NCBI GenBank assembly: GCA_964019335.1
Contig: OZ025680.1
Location: forward strand, 372,001-436,000
DNA from: Diplonema japonicum
Taxonomy: Eukaryota; Protista; Euglenozoa: Diplonemea
Reading direction: 5' to 3'
Length of the DNA stretch: 64,000 bases
Below the pieces are notes generated by a model. That model was not told the DNA's origin. It worked only from the letters and a program-made list of their open reading frames with translations, and did not search any database. Position numbers and translations under genes: made by a program. Every line of letters starts with the position of its first letter. Positions within the stretch are counted from its first letter, which is position 1. This document shows, piece after piece, positions 1 to 11,300 of this stretch.

Positions 1-276
1 GATTCCTTTCTCCCTCCTTGTTCCTTCTCGAATTCAAAATAAAAAAAGGGAAAAAAAAGGGATCACCACCGGGCCATACATACCCCCCCCCCCCCCCCCA
101 TGAGCACCAAAGGAGTGCATACGTATATGTTGGGACGGGACGGGGTTTTCGTGGAAAGGGGGTTCTGGGAAGGGATGTGGAAACAGAGTATAAGAAAAAA
201 AAAAGGAACTTAATAACACACTTAGCCGAACGTATTCCCCCTCCCCCCTCTTCTCGCCTTTTTACCACTTCCCTCC

Positions 277-2983
277 TTAGTTCCAACTGAAATATTTCAT
301 GCCTTTCCATTGCTGTTGGAGGCCAGTGCCGAGTGCGTGGAGATGCTGCAGGCCCTGGAGGGTCCCGAGAGGAGTAGATGCAGGAGCGTCAGAGTGGGTA
401 GAAGTAGCCGGCGTGGGTGCGTAGTGGGCAAGGGTTTCCGCTGTCGGTGCAGTCTGGAGAGGGGCAAGGTGGAGGGTAGGAAATCTGTCACATTCTGCAA
501 CAAAGGAATCGAAGTAAGTGTCCTTAGGAGGTCGGTTCTCTTGCAATGGCCGCAACCCATGGGTGGCAAAGAACAGCCGAGACCCATCAATGGCAGCAGC
601 GAAGATCTGTTCGAAAAGTCTCTGTTCCGTTGACCAGTACACAGGGTCGATGCCCACATCCTTGTCCATCAGCACCCGCAGCACAGACTCATACTCCACT
701 CCTTTGCACCCCTCGCACACCTCTGCGATGAACCTCACATCGAAGAGCATCTGCCACAGCCCGCCCTGGCACACTTCGCCTGTTTTAACTACCTTTTCGT
801 ACTCCCCGAACACTCGACCCATCCTCCTGTGCAGCCCCACAACAACATCCTGTCGCAGTAGTGCGGGGGCCACCTTCGATATCTCGCGGCATGACGCCTC
901 GAGCGCTGTCAGCACAGCAGGTGTCGTGTAGCCTGGAAGGTTCGAGATGATGGTGTCGCCGCCTGTTTGCGTTTCACGGTGTTCCCATGAGCAGTAGGTC
1001 ATCTTCTCAAAGACCTGTTTGTCAGGACCCCAGTAGCTCTCCAGTAAACCGCGTGTCACGTCCGACACGAAGGACCCTGCTACGCTTTCACTCCATTTCT
1101 CGAAGGTGTGCAGGTATGCTTCGTGCAGCCCTGTGTAGAAGGGTGTCATGAGCGATGGGATGAGCCACGACTCGGTCTCCTTCGATCTCGACAGAACCAG
1201 TGCCACCACCCTGCTGACACCTTGCACCACGGCCCCTGTTGTGGGCTGCGGGCGCTGCTGAGCAACGTCGGTGATGACAGAGGCCACATTCTGCAACGCC
1301 AACGACAAGGCTTTGATAACACTTTGCTCGCCTGACCGCCCGATGCTGCTCATTACAGTGCTCGCTACGTGCATTGTCCTTTCGAACATTTCGTGGCATC
1401 TGCAGACCACTTCCCGCACGCCAGCAGGCAGCTCCCTGTCCTCGCCGTCCAATCCATCATCTCTGTCGGTGCTCTTCCCGCAAGTGTACCTCAACGCCAG
1501 CTCTTGGTCGTTCACTTGTGTTGTGTCAAGCAGCTCTTCTTCAAGATCGCTCTCTACATAAGATTTCAGTTCTGCCGTCGTGTTCTGTTTCATGTGTTGT
1601 AATGTTGCAGGGCATACCGAAACAAAACTCGAAAGCTCGTTGTGCAGCAATGTTGTCAGACAGTCGCGGAACACGTCCTGAAGATATGAACGTTGCGAGA
1701 ATGTCAGCATGCATACCGTGATGTTGTCAGACCATGCAGAGGGCGGCTGTGCTTGCACCGGTTCGTGGTCCCATAAGCCGGTGACCCTGTCGAGCTGTGC
1801 CTTGATCTCCACAACCTCTGAGACATCCTGCACCTGTTCCAGAGAGGATCGCAGCACAGACAGCGCCACAGGGGCTGTCTTTGTTTGCCAGTTGGCAAGC
1901 ATTTCCTTGGCATCCGCGACAGGGGGGAGCTCTTGGGGGATGTAGTCCAACCCGTTAGAAGGAAAATAGTCAGTGGTCGAGATGTATTTTGAAAGGTCCT
2001 GTTTTTATTTTATTTTTTTCCCCCTTCCTCCCCCCCCTTTTTTTTTATAAAAAAATCACACCATTATGACTTTATTGGAGCTCATGGAGCTGTACAGTGT
2101 GGAGATGGTAGTGAGCTCAAGGGATTCTGTGAGCTGCACGCTTCGTTCAACAAAGACCTTGTAGAGGAAAGAGCGCACTGAGTAAAGAGTGCAGAGGGAG
2201 GTGATCGCAGTGCCGGGAGAAGTGTGGGAGCCGAGGAGTGAAGTGAGTCGTGTTTTCTGCCTGTCGATAAAGCACCGCAGAGCTCCCTGCAAAGGCAGGT
2301 CGTCAATGAGCGCTACGCAACAAACAATCTGCGAACACGTATCGACCAACTTTGAAGCATCTTGAAGTGCTGACAATTCTAGCCCTACCATGGCTGAGAA
2401 GGCATGTGAGATGATGGCTTCGGGGAGGTCAGACATATGCTTTTTCGTTTTGACAATTTGCATCTCTAGATAACTGTCTGCAATACTACATTTCGCACAC
2501 CATTTCTCAAGGTAGGAAACAGCTTTTTGTAGATTCCGTCTTGCCAGAGCCGCTTCCAGGTATCTTCCCTCACGCAGCCAGGCTTGTATTTGGTGCAGAG
2601 CATCAGTCATGTAGACTGCGGATTGCCGTATGTCAAACGCACTAGTTGTACTGTTAAAAGTAATCGTTTCATCCAGCGTGGTAGGGGAGCTGCTTGGTTG
2701 CTGCCTTGCGTTCTTTGTTTCTTCGAAGCTTTCTATTAAATAATCACAGATGTCGCCCATTCCCACAATCATATCGCTCGCGGAGAGCAAGTCTTGATAC
2801 CTATCACCGACAAGCTGCCTGGGGTTTTTTTTTTCTTTTTTTTTTTTCGTACCTTAGTTTTTTCTGCATTACCTCGCCTTCCTTCTTTTTGTCCCCCAGT
2901 GTCACCCATAGCTGGTCGATGGTCTGGTTCTGGAACAGTGTGTTGACATCTGCTTCATGTGTATCTTGTGGGTACTGCGCCAT
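277..2983 (-). CDS. COG1: Conserved oligomeric Golgi complex subunit 1 (Vps51/COG1 N-terminal domain), 3 exons, ~869 aa
   Basis: Splicing out GT-AG introns 2819-2852 and 1999-2061 joins ORFs 2804-3205, 2056-2790 and 277-1950 in frame. This gives KKLRQLVGDRYQDLLSASDMI, matching the COG1 motif LRxxVGxRYxDLIxAAD. The C-terminal QMLFDVRFI...IDPVYW is also COG1-like. Confidence 0.85.
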
Positions 2984-3180
2984 GTTGTCAGCCAACCCCC
3001 CACTTCTGGTGTTTTTTTTTTTTTTTTTTTTTTTTTTTGTTCTACTTTCTTTCTTTTGAAAAAAAAAAAAGAAAACGAAACAGAATAAAATAAAAATTGG
3101 ATTTTTTTCTTTTTTTCCCTCGTTATATATACGAGCTCGCTTTAGCTCGCCTCGTTTTTTTTTTTTTTTTTTTTTTTTTT

Positions 3181-4137
3181 TCACGATCTCCTTGCCACAC
3201 GGCATGCAAGCTCAGCACCGACTTTGGCATTGTTCAGCACAAGGGCAATGTTTGCCTCAAGAGACTTCCCATCGGAGATTCTGTTGATGCGGTCCAAGAG
3301 GAAAGGGGTAGCGTCTTTACCAGACACCCCCTGTTCAGCGGCCTCCTGAAGCGCCTTCGCGGTAGCTGTGTTGATAACAGACACAGACGCTTCCGTGGCC
3401 ACAGGGATGGGGTTGGCAATGATGACGCCTGTCTGGATCCCGAGTGAGATTTGACTTTTAATAAGTTCAGAAGCGTTCAGCACGCTTCCTGTAAGCTGGG
3501 ACTGGCATCCACTGTGCCTTGTGAAGAAAGCAGGGAACTCCTTCTCCTCAATGGTCATGACGGGGACTCCTTTTGTCTCCAAATACTCAAGCGTCCGTGG
3601 TATGTCAAGAATGCTCTTAACACCAGCACACACGACTGCAACTCTTGTTCTTCCCAATTCTTCAAGATCAGCGGAAATGTCCATTGTGTCTGTGACACCC
3701 TTGTGGACACCGCCTATGCCGCCGGTGACAAAAATGTCAATTCCCACCATTGATGCCACGAGCATGGTACCGCTGACGGTTGTGGCGCCGTGGGATTTGC
3801 TAGCCACGCAGTAAGCCATATCGCGTCTACTGCATTTCATGACAGCCAAGCCTGTCTTCCCAAGGAGTTCGAGATTGTCGTCTGTCAGCCCTACATGGAT
3901 CACACCGTTGAGGATTGCGATGGTGGCGGGGACAGCACCCCCTTCCCTCACCACCTGTTCCACTTTTTTTGCAGTGTGTACATTTTGCGGGTATGGCATT
4001 CCATGGGAAATAATCGTGCTCTCCAGCGCCACCACACCCTTCCCGTTTTGCAGTGCGTTGCGAACCTCATCAGTCATCACCACGTTGTTTTCCCCCAACT
4101 TCCCAAAATGCTCAGTAAGCGTCCTGACTCTGTTCAT
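3181..4137 (-). CDS. psuG: Pseudouridine-5'-phosphate glycosidase (PsuG/IndA/PUMY family), 318 aa
   Basis: Motifs VVALESTIISHGMPYPQN, GATTVSGTM, FVTGGIGGVH, DISADLEELG, KSILDIPRTLEYLET, GKDATPFLL. True start taken as MNRVRTL at 4137; the ORF's upstream extension is homopolymer noise. Confidence 0.93.
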   Translation of the reverse strand: MNRVRTLTEHFGKLGENNVVMTDEVRNALQNGKGVVALESTIISHGMPYPQNVHTAKKVEQVVREGGAVPATIAILNGVIHVGLTDDNLELLGKTGLAVMKCSRRDMAYCVASKSHGATTVSGTMLVASMVGIDIFVTGGIGGVHKGVTDTMDISADLEELGRTRVAVVCAGVKSILDIPRTLEYLETKGVPVMTIEEKEFPAFFTRHSGCQSQLTGSVLNASELIKSQISLGIQTGVIIANPIPVATEASVSVINTATAKALQEAAEQGVSGKDATPFLLDRINRISDGKSLEANIALVLNNAKVGAELACRVARRS

Positions 4138-5160
4138 TTTTTTTTTTTTTTTTTTTTTTTTTTTCCCACTTTTCGTTGAGTATTTTTTCTTTTGCAAAAA
4201 AAAAAATTTTTTTTTTTTCGAGGGAAAAAAAAGGGGGTGGAAGAATATCACAAAAAAAAAAAAGAAATGTTGGAGTGGGGGCAGAGACATAACTGTATGG
4301 AAGAACGGGGAACAATAATAATTATTAAAAAAAAAAACCTCTTTTTTTTTCACTCTGCATACCCCCGAGGAAGAAAGATAATATAAAAAAAAAAAAAGGA
4401 GAAGGAAAAAAAGAGAACAAAAAAAAAGGGGGGAGGAGGATGGGCAGGAAAGGCGGTAATATGTTTTCCTTTTTTTTTTTTTACATACCTTTGCAACCTA
4501 AAAGGTTTAAAGGCTACTTTGGGACTTTTAGGATTGGCCAAAGAAAAAAAAAAAAAAAAAAACCGAAACTTTTATCCTTTATACGAGTTAATTCTCCATT
4601 GATAAAAATTTCATTTTCCAGTCAAAGATGAAAACCAATCCAAATAAACCAGTTAAGTTACAAGGTATGTTTTTTTTTTTATTTTTTATTTTTTTATGCA
4701 ACCAATTTTTTTTTTGTTTGTGGTATCAGGTCTCGTGGGGGATGAAAGAGCAGTAATCAGGCCATCTGTGAACATAGAGGCAGGCAGAACGGAGGGTGGG
4801 TTATGTTAAGAAAAAGTAAAAAAAAATAAAATCAGGGTAAAAAAAAGTGCTTTTAAACGTACAGTGGGGGGGGGGGGGGGGGGGTCAGGTTGTGTATGGT
4901 GCCTTCTTTGTTTTAAAGAAGAGAAAACCCCCTCCCCTGCATTTGATTTTTTTTTCTTCTTTTGCCTCAGTCCCCCCTCAACCCTTTCCTCGAAATATCC
5001 CCCAAGACAAAAAAATTCCCCTCCCCAGAAAAAAATTTTCTCTTTTTGTTGTGTTCCACTAATATGAAAAAAAAGGAGAAAAAAAAAAAACACTTAAAAA
5101 AAAGTGGAAAAATATAGTTTCCTTCTTCTTCTTTTTTTTTTTTTATTTTCTATTAATGGC

Positions 5161-5524
5161 TCAGGATTCCTGTGCCGCGCCCTCATCGCCCTGTTTTTTT
5201 TTTTTTTTTTTTTTTTTTCCACATACTCTAGACTTCAGTTCCGCCTCCATTTTCGTCAGCTTCTCCTTCAGCTCTTCATTTTCCATTCGAAGAGAATCAT
5301 AATCACTCTGGGGAAAAAAAAATTTTTTTTCTCAATTCGATAGTGTATCAGCATACTTGCGACGGCCCTCCAAGCGCTTTCTTTATGAACTCCACCGGCT
5401 TCTCGGGTCTCTCAGGCTCTTCGTACAGAGTAACCAGCACCTTTGTCAAGGCGTCAATTACGTTGGACTTTTCCAAGTACTTGCGGAATTCCTCCTTCTT
5501 AGTCTCACTGGATTGGTACGACAT
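5161..5524 (-). CDS. MYCBP: c-Myc-binding protein (MYCBP/AMY-1, FAP174-like), 3 exons, 92 aa; absent from the ORF track
   Basis: Introns 5308-5356 and 5191-5226 give MSYQSSETKKEEFRKYLEKSNVIDALTKVLVTLYEEPERPEKPVEFIKKALGGPSQSDYDSLRMENEELKEKLTKMEAELKSRGDEGAAQES, containing the family motif KxEEFRxYLEKSGVxDxLTKVLVxLYEEPEKP. Confidence 0.92.
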
Positions 5525-5582
5525 TTTCTTTTTTTTTTTCTCTTCTCCTTTTTGACTATTTTTTTCCCCAGAAATAATATTT

Positions 5583-5623
<41 letters not shown>

Positions 5624-6769
5624 AGAGCAACCGCTTTTTCCTATCCTTCCGAAAAAAAAATGTCAACACTTTTTTGGGCACCTCCGAAAATTTCTTGTTT
5701 TGATTATTTGAGCAAAAAAAGGGCAGCATGCAACCATAGGAAGATGACATATATGGTGTACATGACGCCGTTCTTTCAATTGCGATGCTTGTTTTGCCAT
5801 GAGGGTGGCAGGCTTTGCAATCGGCTGCCCCCGGGAAGCGAAAAACAGAGGTCAGAAAAACGACGAAAAATGTTTAAAATGCAGTTTAAAAGCTTGAAAT
5901 GCAGCACCTAGGGTGCATAAAAGTGGTGAACACACACTTTTGTGACCGGTAACAGTACTTAGCGAAAAATATATGGCGTTGCACAGCCCTCAAAAAACTG
6001 GTTTTTTTAGCCCTATTTTTTGCTTTTTCGAGGGGTTCCTAAGGGAATTGGCCTAAAAGGCCCATTTTCCTGAAAACCCAATTCTTAATACTTGCCTGCT
6101 CAACATCGGTATCTTTGGGGCCAAACATGCATTCTCTACCCATCTGCTGAGGTTTGTCATTTTTTTTCTTACTCATGACTAATTAAAAATTGAGAAGTTT
6201 GCTTTTAAAGGGCCCTTAAGGGATTTTAGCCTATAATGGGCATTGTAGCCTAAAATAGGCCAAAACGGCAGTATTTTCCCCACCCCATTTTAAGCCCAAA
6301 CCACCCAAAATGGCCCCTTAAGTTTCACAGATTTCCCATCTGCGTCCATTTCTTCTCGCTTTTCATTGAAGAAAACAAAAAAGGAATATGGAGGGTCATT
6401 TACAATTTCCGGATGCCAAAAACTAAAAAAAACCATTCTAAAAAGCATCTTTTTGCACGCGCGTTTTAGAAATGAAACAAACAACACACATTGTGACCTA
6501 TGGTGAACACACTTAGACCGCAATTCTGCACACAAAGTGGTGTCGGACTACTTTTGTACTTAGAAATCTTCCGAGGATTTTCCGTTGCAAAAGAGGGTCA
6601 TTTGTTGACATTTTTTTTCCGGACGAGCTCATATATATTTCCATGTATACATATATATATTTCCTGGCAAGAGGACTCCACCCCCCCCAAAGTTAAAAGT
6701 GCTTAGTTGTTAGCTTTTAAGTTGCGTTCCGTAAACTAAAAAAAAGAAGAAAAAAAATACTGTAAAACA

Positions 6770-7240
6770 AAAATCACCGGAAGATAAAATGTCTGGAAGC
6801 TCTGGCGGTCCGGATATTTTTTCTTCCGCACATTTTTTTTCCTGGGACCCCCCCCTTTTTTTTTAAAGGGCTGGACCCGAAAACAGATGAAACTAGTGTC
6901 TGTAGAAAGAGAAAATCAAACGAAAATCAGAGAATTGAATTACGGACTTTTCCAGATCCTGATCTTCTTCCCTCTTGCAATATCATTTCAGTCACCTGAA
7001 GAGGTCGGCACCTGGAGGGGTCGCGAGATATGTCCTTCCTCCTTTTAGAGCATGCAGCTTTCGTCTGTTAATTTGAATTTTATTTTTGCCGTTCTTAAGA
7101 CTCTTGCAACAGAAATATAAGTTTTCCAGACAGAGGAGATAGTGCGTAGGACAGGCTAGGTACCCCCTTAGAAAAGTGCCCAAAAAAATGTCCGGAAGAT
7201 AAAATGTCCGGAAGAAAAAAATCACCGGATGATTTCGGAA
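6770..7240. repeat. Two clusters of short AAAAT(GT/CA)CCGGAAGA repeats in direct and inverted orientation
   Basis: aaatcaccggaagataaaatgtctggaag at 6771-6799, an inverted copy tccggatattttttcttccg at ~6809-6828, and aaaatgtccggaagat-aaaatgtccggaaga-aaaaaatcaccggat at ~7185-7230. Confidence 0.55.
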
Positions 7241-7317
7241 AAAAAAAAAAAAAAAAAAAAAAAGAAGAAGACAAATCATATCTTGACATCACTCTGAGTG
7301 GCCCCTGTTTTAAAAAA

Positions 7318-8133
7318 TTAAACCCCCATTATATCCTTAATAGCATTTTCCCAATGCGACTGGTTGACCCGGTCGACAAAATTATGTGTTAGTGAAATAC
7401 TAAAGTTTTCATTGCGAACCGCATGTATGCACTTCGGAGGCACGAAGATTGACGTCCCTGGTTTCTGGGTGTACTCATATACGGTAGCCTTCTCAAGACA
7501 AGCAGGCACATCTTTACCTGAGTAAGCTTGGAACAAATCAGGGTACACAGGGGAACCCTCATCATCAACAGAAGTACAGGAAGCATAGTCCGACCCGTGG
7601 ATAAGAAGCCATTTCTTCTCCCCGGTGACCACTGTTAGCCACGCCGATGAGTTTAAAATATCGATGTGAGGCTTGGACCCTGAGCCCCACTGCCCAACAT
7701 ATAACCATGTGAAATAATGAAACGGTTTTAGAAGCAACGGTATCGACACAGGCGATAATTGCTTTTCAATGAAAAAGTTTTTGAAAGGGAGTGGTTCCAG
7801 CATCTTCGGGTTGGTTATGGAGTACTTTAAGTACAGTGCGCCGTCTACAGAAGGGCCCTTCACCAAGGATAGGCCTTGTTTTGCTGGAATGGTGTCTTCA
7901 ATGTCCGCCTTGACTGAGCCGTTCTGTAGTGTGTCTTGGCTAAATATCATAAGGTCGGCATCGTCGTCATCATGCATAGCCTCCCCTACCTTGTCCAGGT
8001 CGTCCCAGAACTCGATGCCCTCCCATGCTACACCGGTCACCGCGAACGGTTGCAGTCCCTTCGCCAGCTCCTGTACCTTCTCCAGCGTTAGCTCGCTGAG
8101 CTCATACTCGGGTAGCTTCTCCCATTTTAGCAT
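7318..8133 (-). CDS. JmjC-domain 2-oxoglutarate/Fe(II) oxygenase (JMJD4/6/8-like cupin), 271 aa
   Basis: LYVGQWGSGSKPHID...AWLTVVTGEKKWLL...QKPGTSIFVPPKCIHAVRN...SLTHNF, with the HxD...H iron-binding triad. Confidence 0.88.
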   Translation of the reverse strand: MLKWEKLPEYELSELTLEKVQELAKGLQPFAVTGVAWEGIEFWDDLDKVGEAMHDDDDADLMIFSQDTLQNGSVKADIEDTIPAKQGLSLVKGPSVDGALYLKYSITNPKMLEPLPFKNFFIEKQLSPVSIPLLLKPFHYFTWLYVGQWGSGSKPHIDILNSSAWLTVVTGEKKWLLIHGSDYASCTSVDDEGSPVYPDLFQAYSGKDVPACLEKATVYEYTQKPGTSIFVPPKCIHAVRNENFSISLTHNFVDRVNQSHWENAIKDIMGV

Positions 8134-8387
8134 CCCTCTTGATGGCAGTGAAAATGTAAGGTAAAAAAAAAAAAAAAAAACTCAAGAAGAAAAAAACTCA
8201 AGGGGAGGCCCATATGGAACATATTATAGAGGAAAGCAAGAAACAGATTTCTTTTTTTTGTTGCCGCGGTGATCTCTGGAAAGAGGCTGGTGGGCACACA
8301 AAAATAATAATAAAAAGAGAGGGGGGGGGGGGGGGGGGCAAAGAGTCTTTCGACCCCGGCCCTATTTTTCCTTTTTTTTTGGGGGTG

Positions 8388-11300
8388 TTACTGCAGAAGC
8401 ACGAGAGATAAAATACAACAGATGAGAAATGAGAGAACTGGAACGGGCCGGGGGGCATCGTCGATGGGCGACAGGACGGAAGGTGCAGGTGTGGCGGGAG
8501 AAAAGGTAGGAACCGATGTCGGCTCCAAGGTGACCGGCGGCGCGGCTGTGGGCGCTGACGTAATCCGTACAAGAGTAACTTTAAAAAATAAAATAAAAAT
8601 AACCCCCCCCCATTTTTACTCATACCTTCTGCCTTAGCAGACGGGTACAACTGCTTTATTTGAGAAGCAGAGTCATTAAGCACACGCACTGTGTACGCAG
8701 CCAGCTTGTCTTGCCATATTGGGCTCGTGTTGTCGTTGACACCGTCAGCTGAGACCACATCCACTTCAACCTCAGCCTATATTAAAAAAAAGATTTTTTT
8801 TTAAAGTTTGAAAAACAATTACATACCGCTGCCTGGCAGTCAGTGATACACACATTTCCCAGTACTGACGCAGTCCGATCCCATCGTAAGCAAATACTAC
8901 TGTTCGCCTTGTGCACCTCAGTGATGCCGGATGCAGCATCTGCAGGTGTTAGTGAGCAAAGGTACCGTAAGTACACGTTGATGTGCCGGCCTGACTCGCG
9001 TATCAACCCATGTAGTAGTGCTTTTTCGAAAGCGGATTTCTCCGCATTTCCAAAGCCTTGAACGCTTACCTGCCCTAAGTTAAGCTGTAGTCTTGGCAGC
9101 CCTGTTACCACAACAGGTACATTCGTGGGTGGCGTGGTGGCTTGTTGCACCGATGTATCGCCGACTTCAAACACTTCAGACACCATCTTCTTACCATAAC
9201 ACGCACCATGCGGGTCGTTCTCCAGCGACATGTTGCACACAACAGTGAAGGATGTGTTCGGGCACACTCCTTTGAACCCGATACCAGAGAAGGTCACGAC
9301 GCCGTTGACGGCCTGTTTCACGTCCCATCCCTCAGGGGTGTTGATTAGGTTGCCTTGTATTCCTCCCACAATTCCCGCGCTGAAGAACCTCTCGGCGGCG
9401 AACTGCGTGTCGTGGCACTCAATGACCAGCATCAAGAGGGACACGTTGTCCCCCCGTACAACCTCCCCGAACTGATCAACGATTTTAACCGAAAAGTCAA
9501 ATGCAAACTTTGAAGGTACCCTTGGCAAGTATGTCAAGGGTGTCACTGGGCCTGGTCGCGTGACAAGTGGGAACACATCACGCGGCAGTGTGCAGTGCTC
9601 GCCCGTGCATTGGATACCAGACCCGACTACACGCAGGTTGTGGATCTTTTGAAAAAGCACACGGCCTTTGAAGACATACGGTGCAAAGCTTAGATCCGAC
9701 GTTGTCAGCATGAAGAACGAAGTCCCCCGAGACACAGCAGAGTGCCCCACCCCGCCCACATACTCGATGGGGTCGATAAGGATCGAACCGTCTAACAGCT
9801 TCAGTTCTTGCGACTGCGCGTCGCTCGCACCTTTGAAAAGCCACCCGTTAGTGCCGCACTCAGGCATTGTGGTGTCTTGACACTTCCCGGTTGCTGTACA
9901 GGTATCCTCCAGCCAAGGTGCTACCGAGTCCCCCTGCATAACGGTTTGCGTGTCAAACCCATAGCACGGTATCGACACGGAACGGAAGTGCACCGCTGCA
10001 GCATGCCCCTTGTCGTCCACGTGGAGCTTTCTCGGTATGTCTTTTGAGGACGCAGTCGTGCAGTTTACCCCCCAGGCACAGGTCGGCCAGTACAAACACT
10101 GCATGTCGTCTGTTATCGATTCACACACAGGGGGCAGCATGGCGTCCACAGCACTCACCTTCAGTGCGAAGGGGTACCCCCACACCCATGGGATGGTCAC
10201 GCCCTGTTGCACACGTTTCCAACTGCCGAGGTTGGGCCGTATTTCCACATTCAAGCTGTCCGCCTCCACGACCGCAAACAGGGGGCCGATGTTCGTAATG
10301 GCTACTGTTTGCATCTCAGAGCCCATCACAGCAGCAATCGCGAACGTCCAGGGGTACTGTGTACAAGGTTCAGCAGCAGCCATCTCGTTGGTGCACTCGA
10401 GTGCCCTGGTGGGGGACACATTTAGTTTGAAGGCCACGACGCCACCGTTGGCTGTCTCTGTTAATGTTAAGCTGTCCGTGAAGTTGGGCGTCACTCTGCT
10501 GCCAACCAGGGTGAAGACTGTTTGCACATCACCTTTTACAGTGTCGCCAATATTGTCCACCACCCGCAGTGTGAGGTGTGCTGGCCTCCCTACCACCATC
10601 GCAGGGTCCCCTGTGGTCGTTCGTGCGGTTAGACCCGAAAAGTTAAACGTCAAAAGTTCAGGGCCGTCCACAAAAACGATCTCCACTCCAACAGCCTGCT
10701 GGATACTCACAGAGAGGGACTGAACAAGGATGGTCCCCGGGGGGAGGTTTTGAGCGTCGTTTATTTGACAGCGCAAGGACCCGCTTATCGACGTGAAAAA
10801 GCCATCCACTACCATGAGCGAGCTATAAGGTGGCACACCAGGGCCACCCAGCAGCCTGGGGAGGCACCCCGCAGTACATATAAAGCACCCAGTGGGGTTC
10901 GTTGAGAACTGCAATGCCGACACGCCTCCTTGCACACCGGCTATTGTGGACTCGGGGTTAAAGTCCGCGTCCCATGCTTGCAAATGGAGTTCGACGGTAG
11001 AGTTAAGCCGCACGTTGGCTAGAGAGGAAGGGCTGCTAGGGTTGCCCAAAGGCGTGAAGGTGTGAGAGGGGGCCCATGTCCACTTTGACAGCGTTGTCGA
11101 GGCAACCGTGAGTGTGGATGTCTGAGGGTCCGCTCCAGTGAACTCTGGTGCGTTTGAAGTGACTAGGATGCTGCATATCCCAGAGCTGACACCGCTCCCC
11201 AAGTCGCTGATCGATATGGGCACGGCAGCCACTCCATGTATGAACTCCGCGTCTACTGTTATCCTCACATTGGCACCGGTGGCCTGCGGTTTGCTCAGTC

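Noticed and set aside
4138-4353. N-terminal extensions of ORFs 3181-4353, 22174-25494 and 52744-53283
   Set aside because: Low-complexity upstream sequence; better starts at 4137, 25194 and 53208.
4720-4806. Mixed-sequence island with CTGA motifs on the minus strand, possible C/D snoRNA
   Set aside because: No convincing box C (RTGATGA) or terminal stem.
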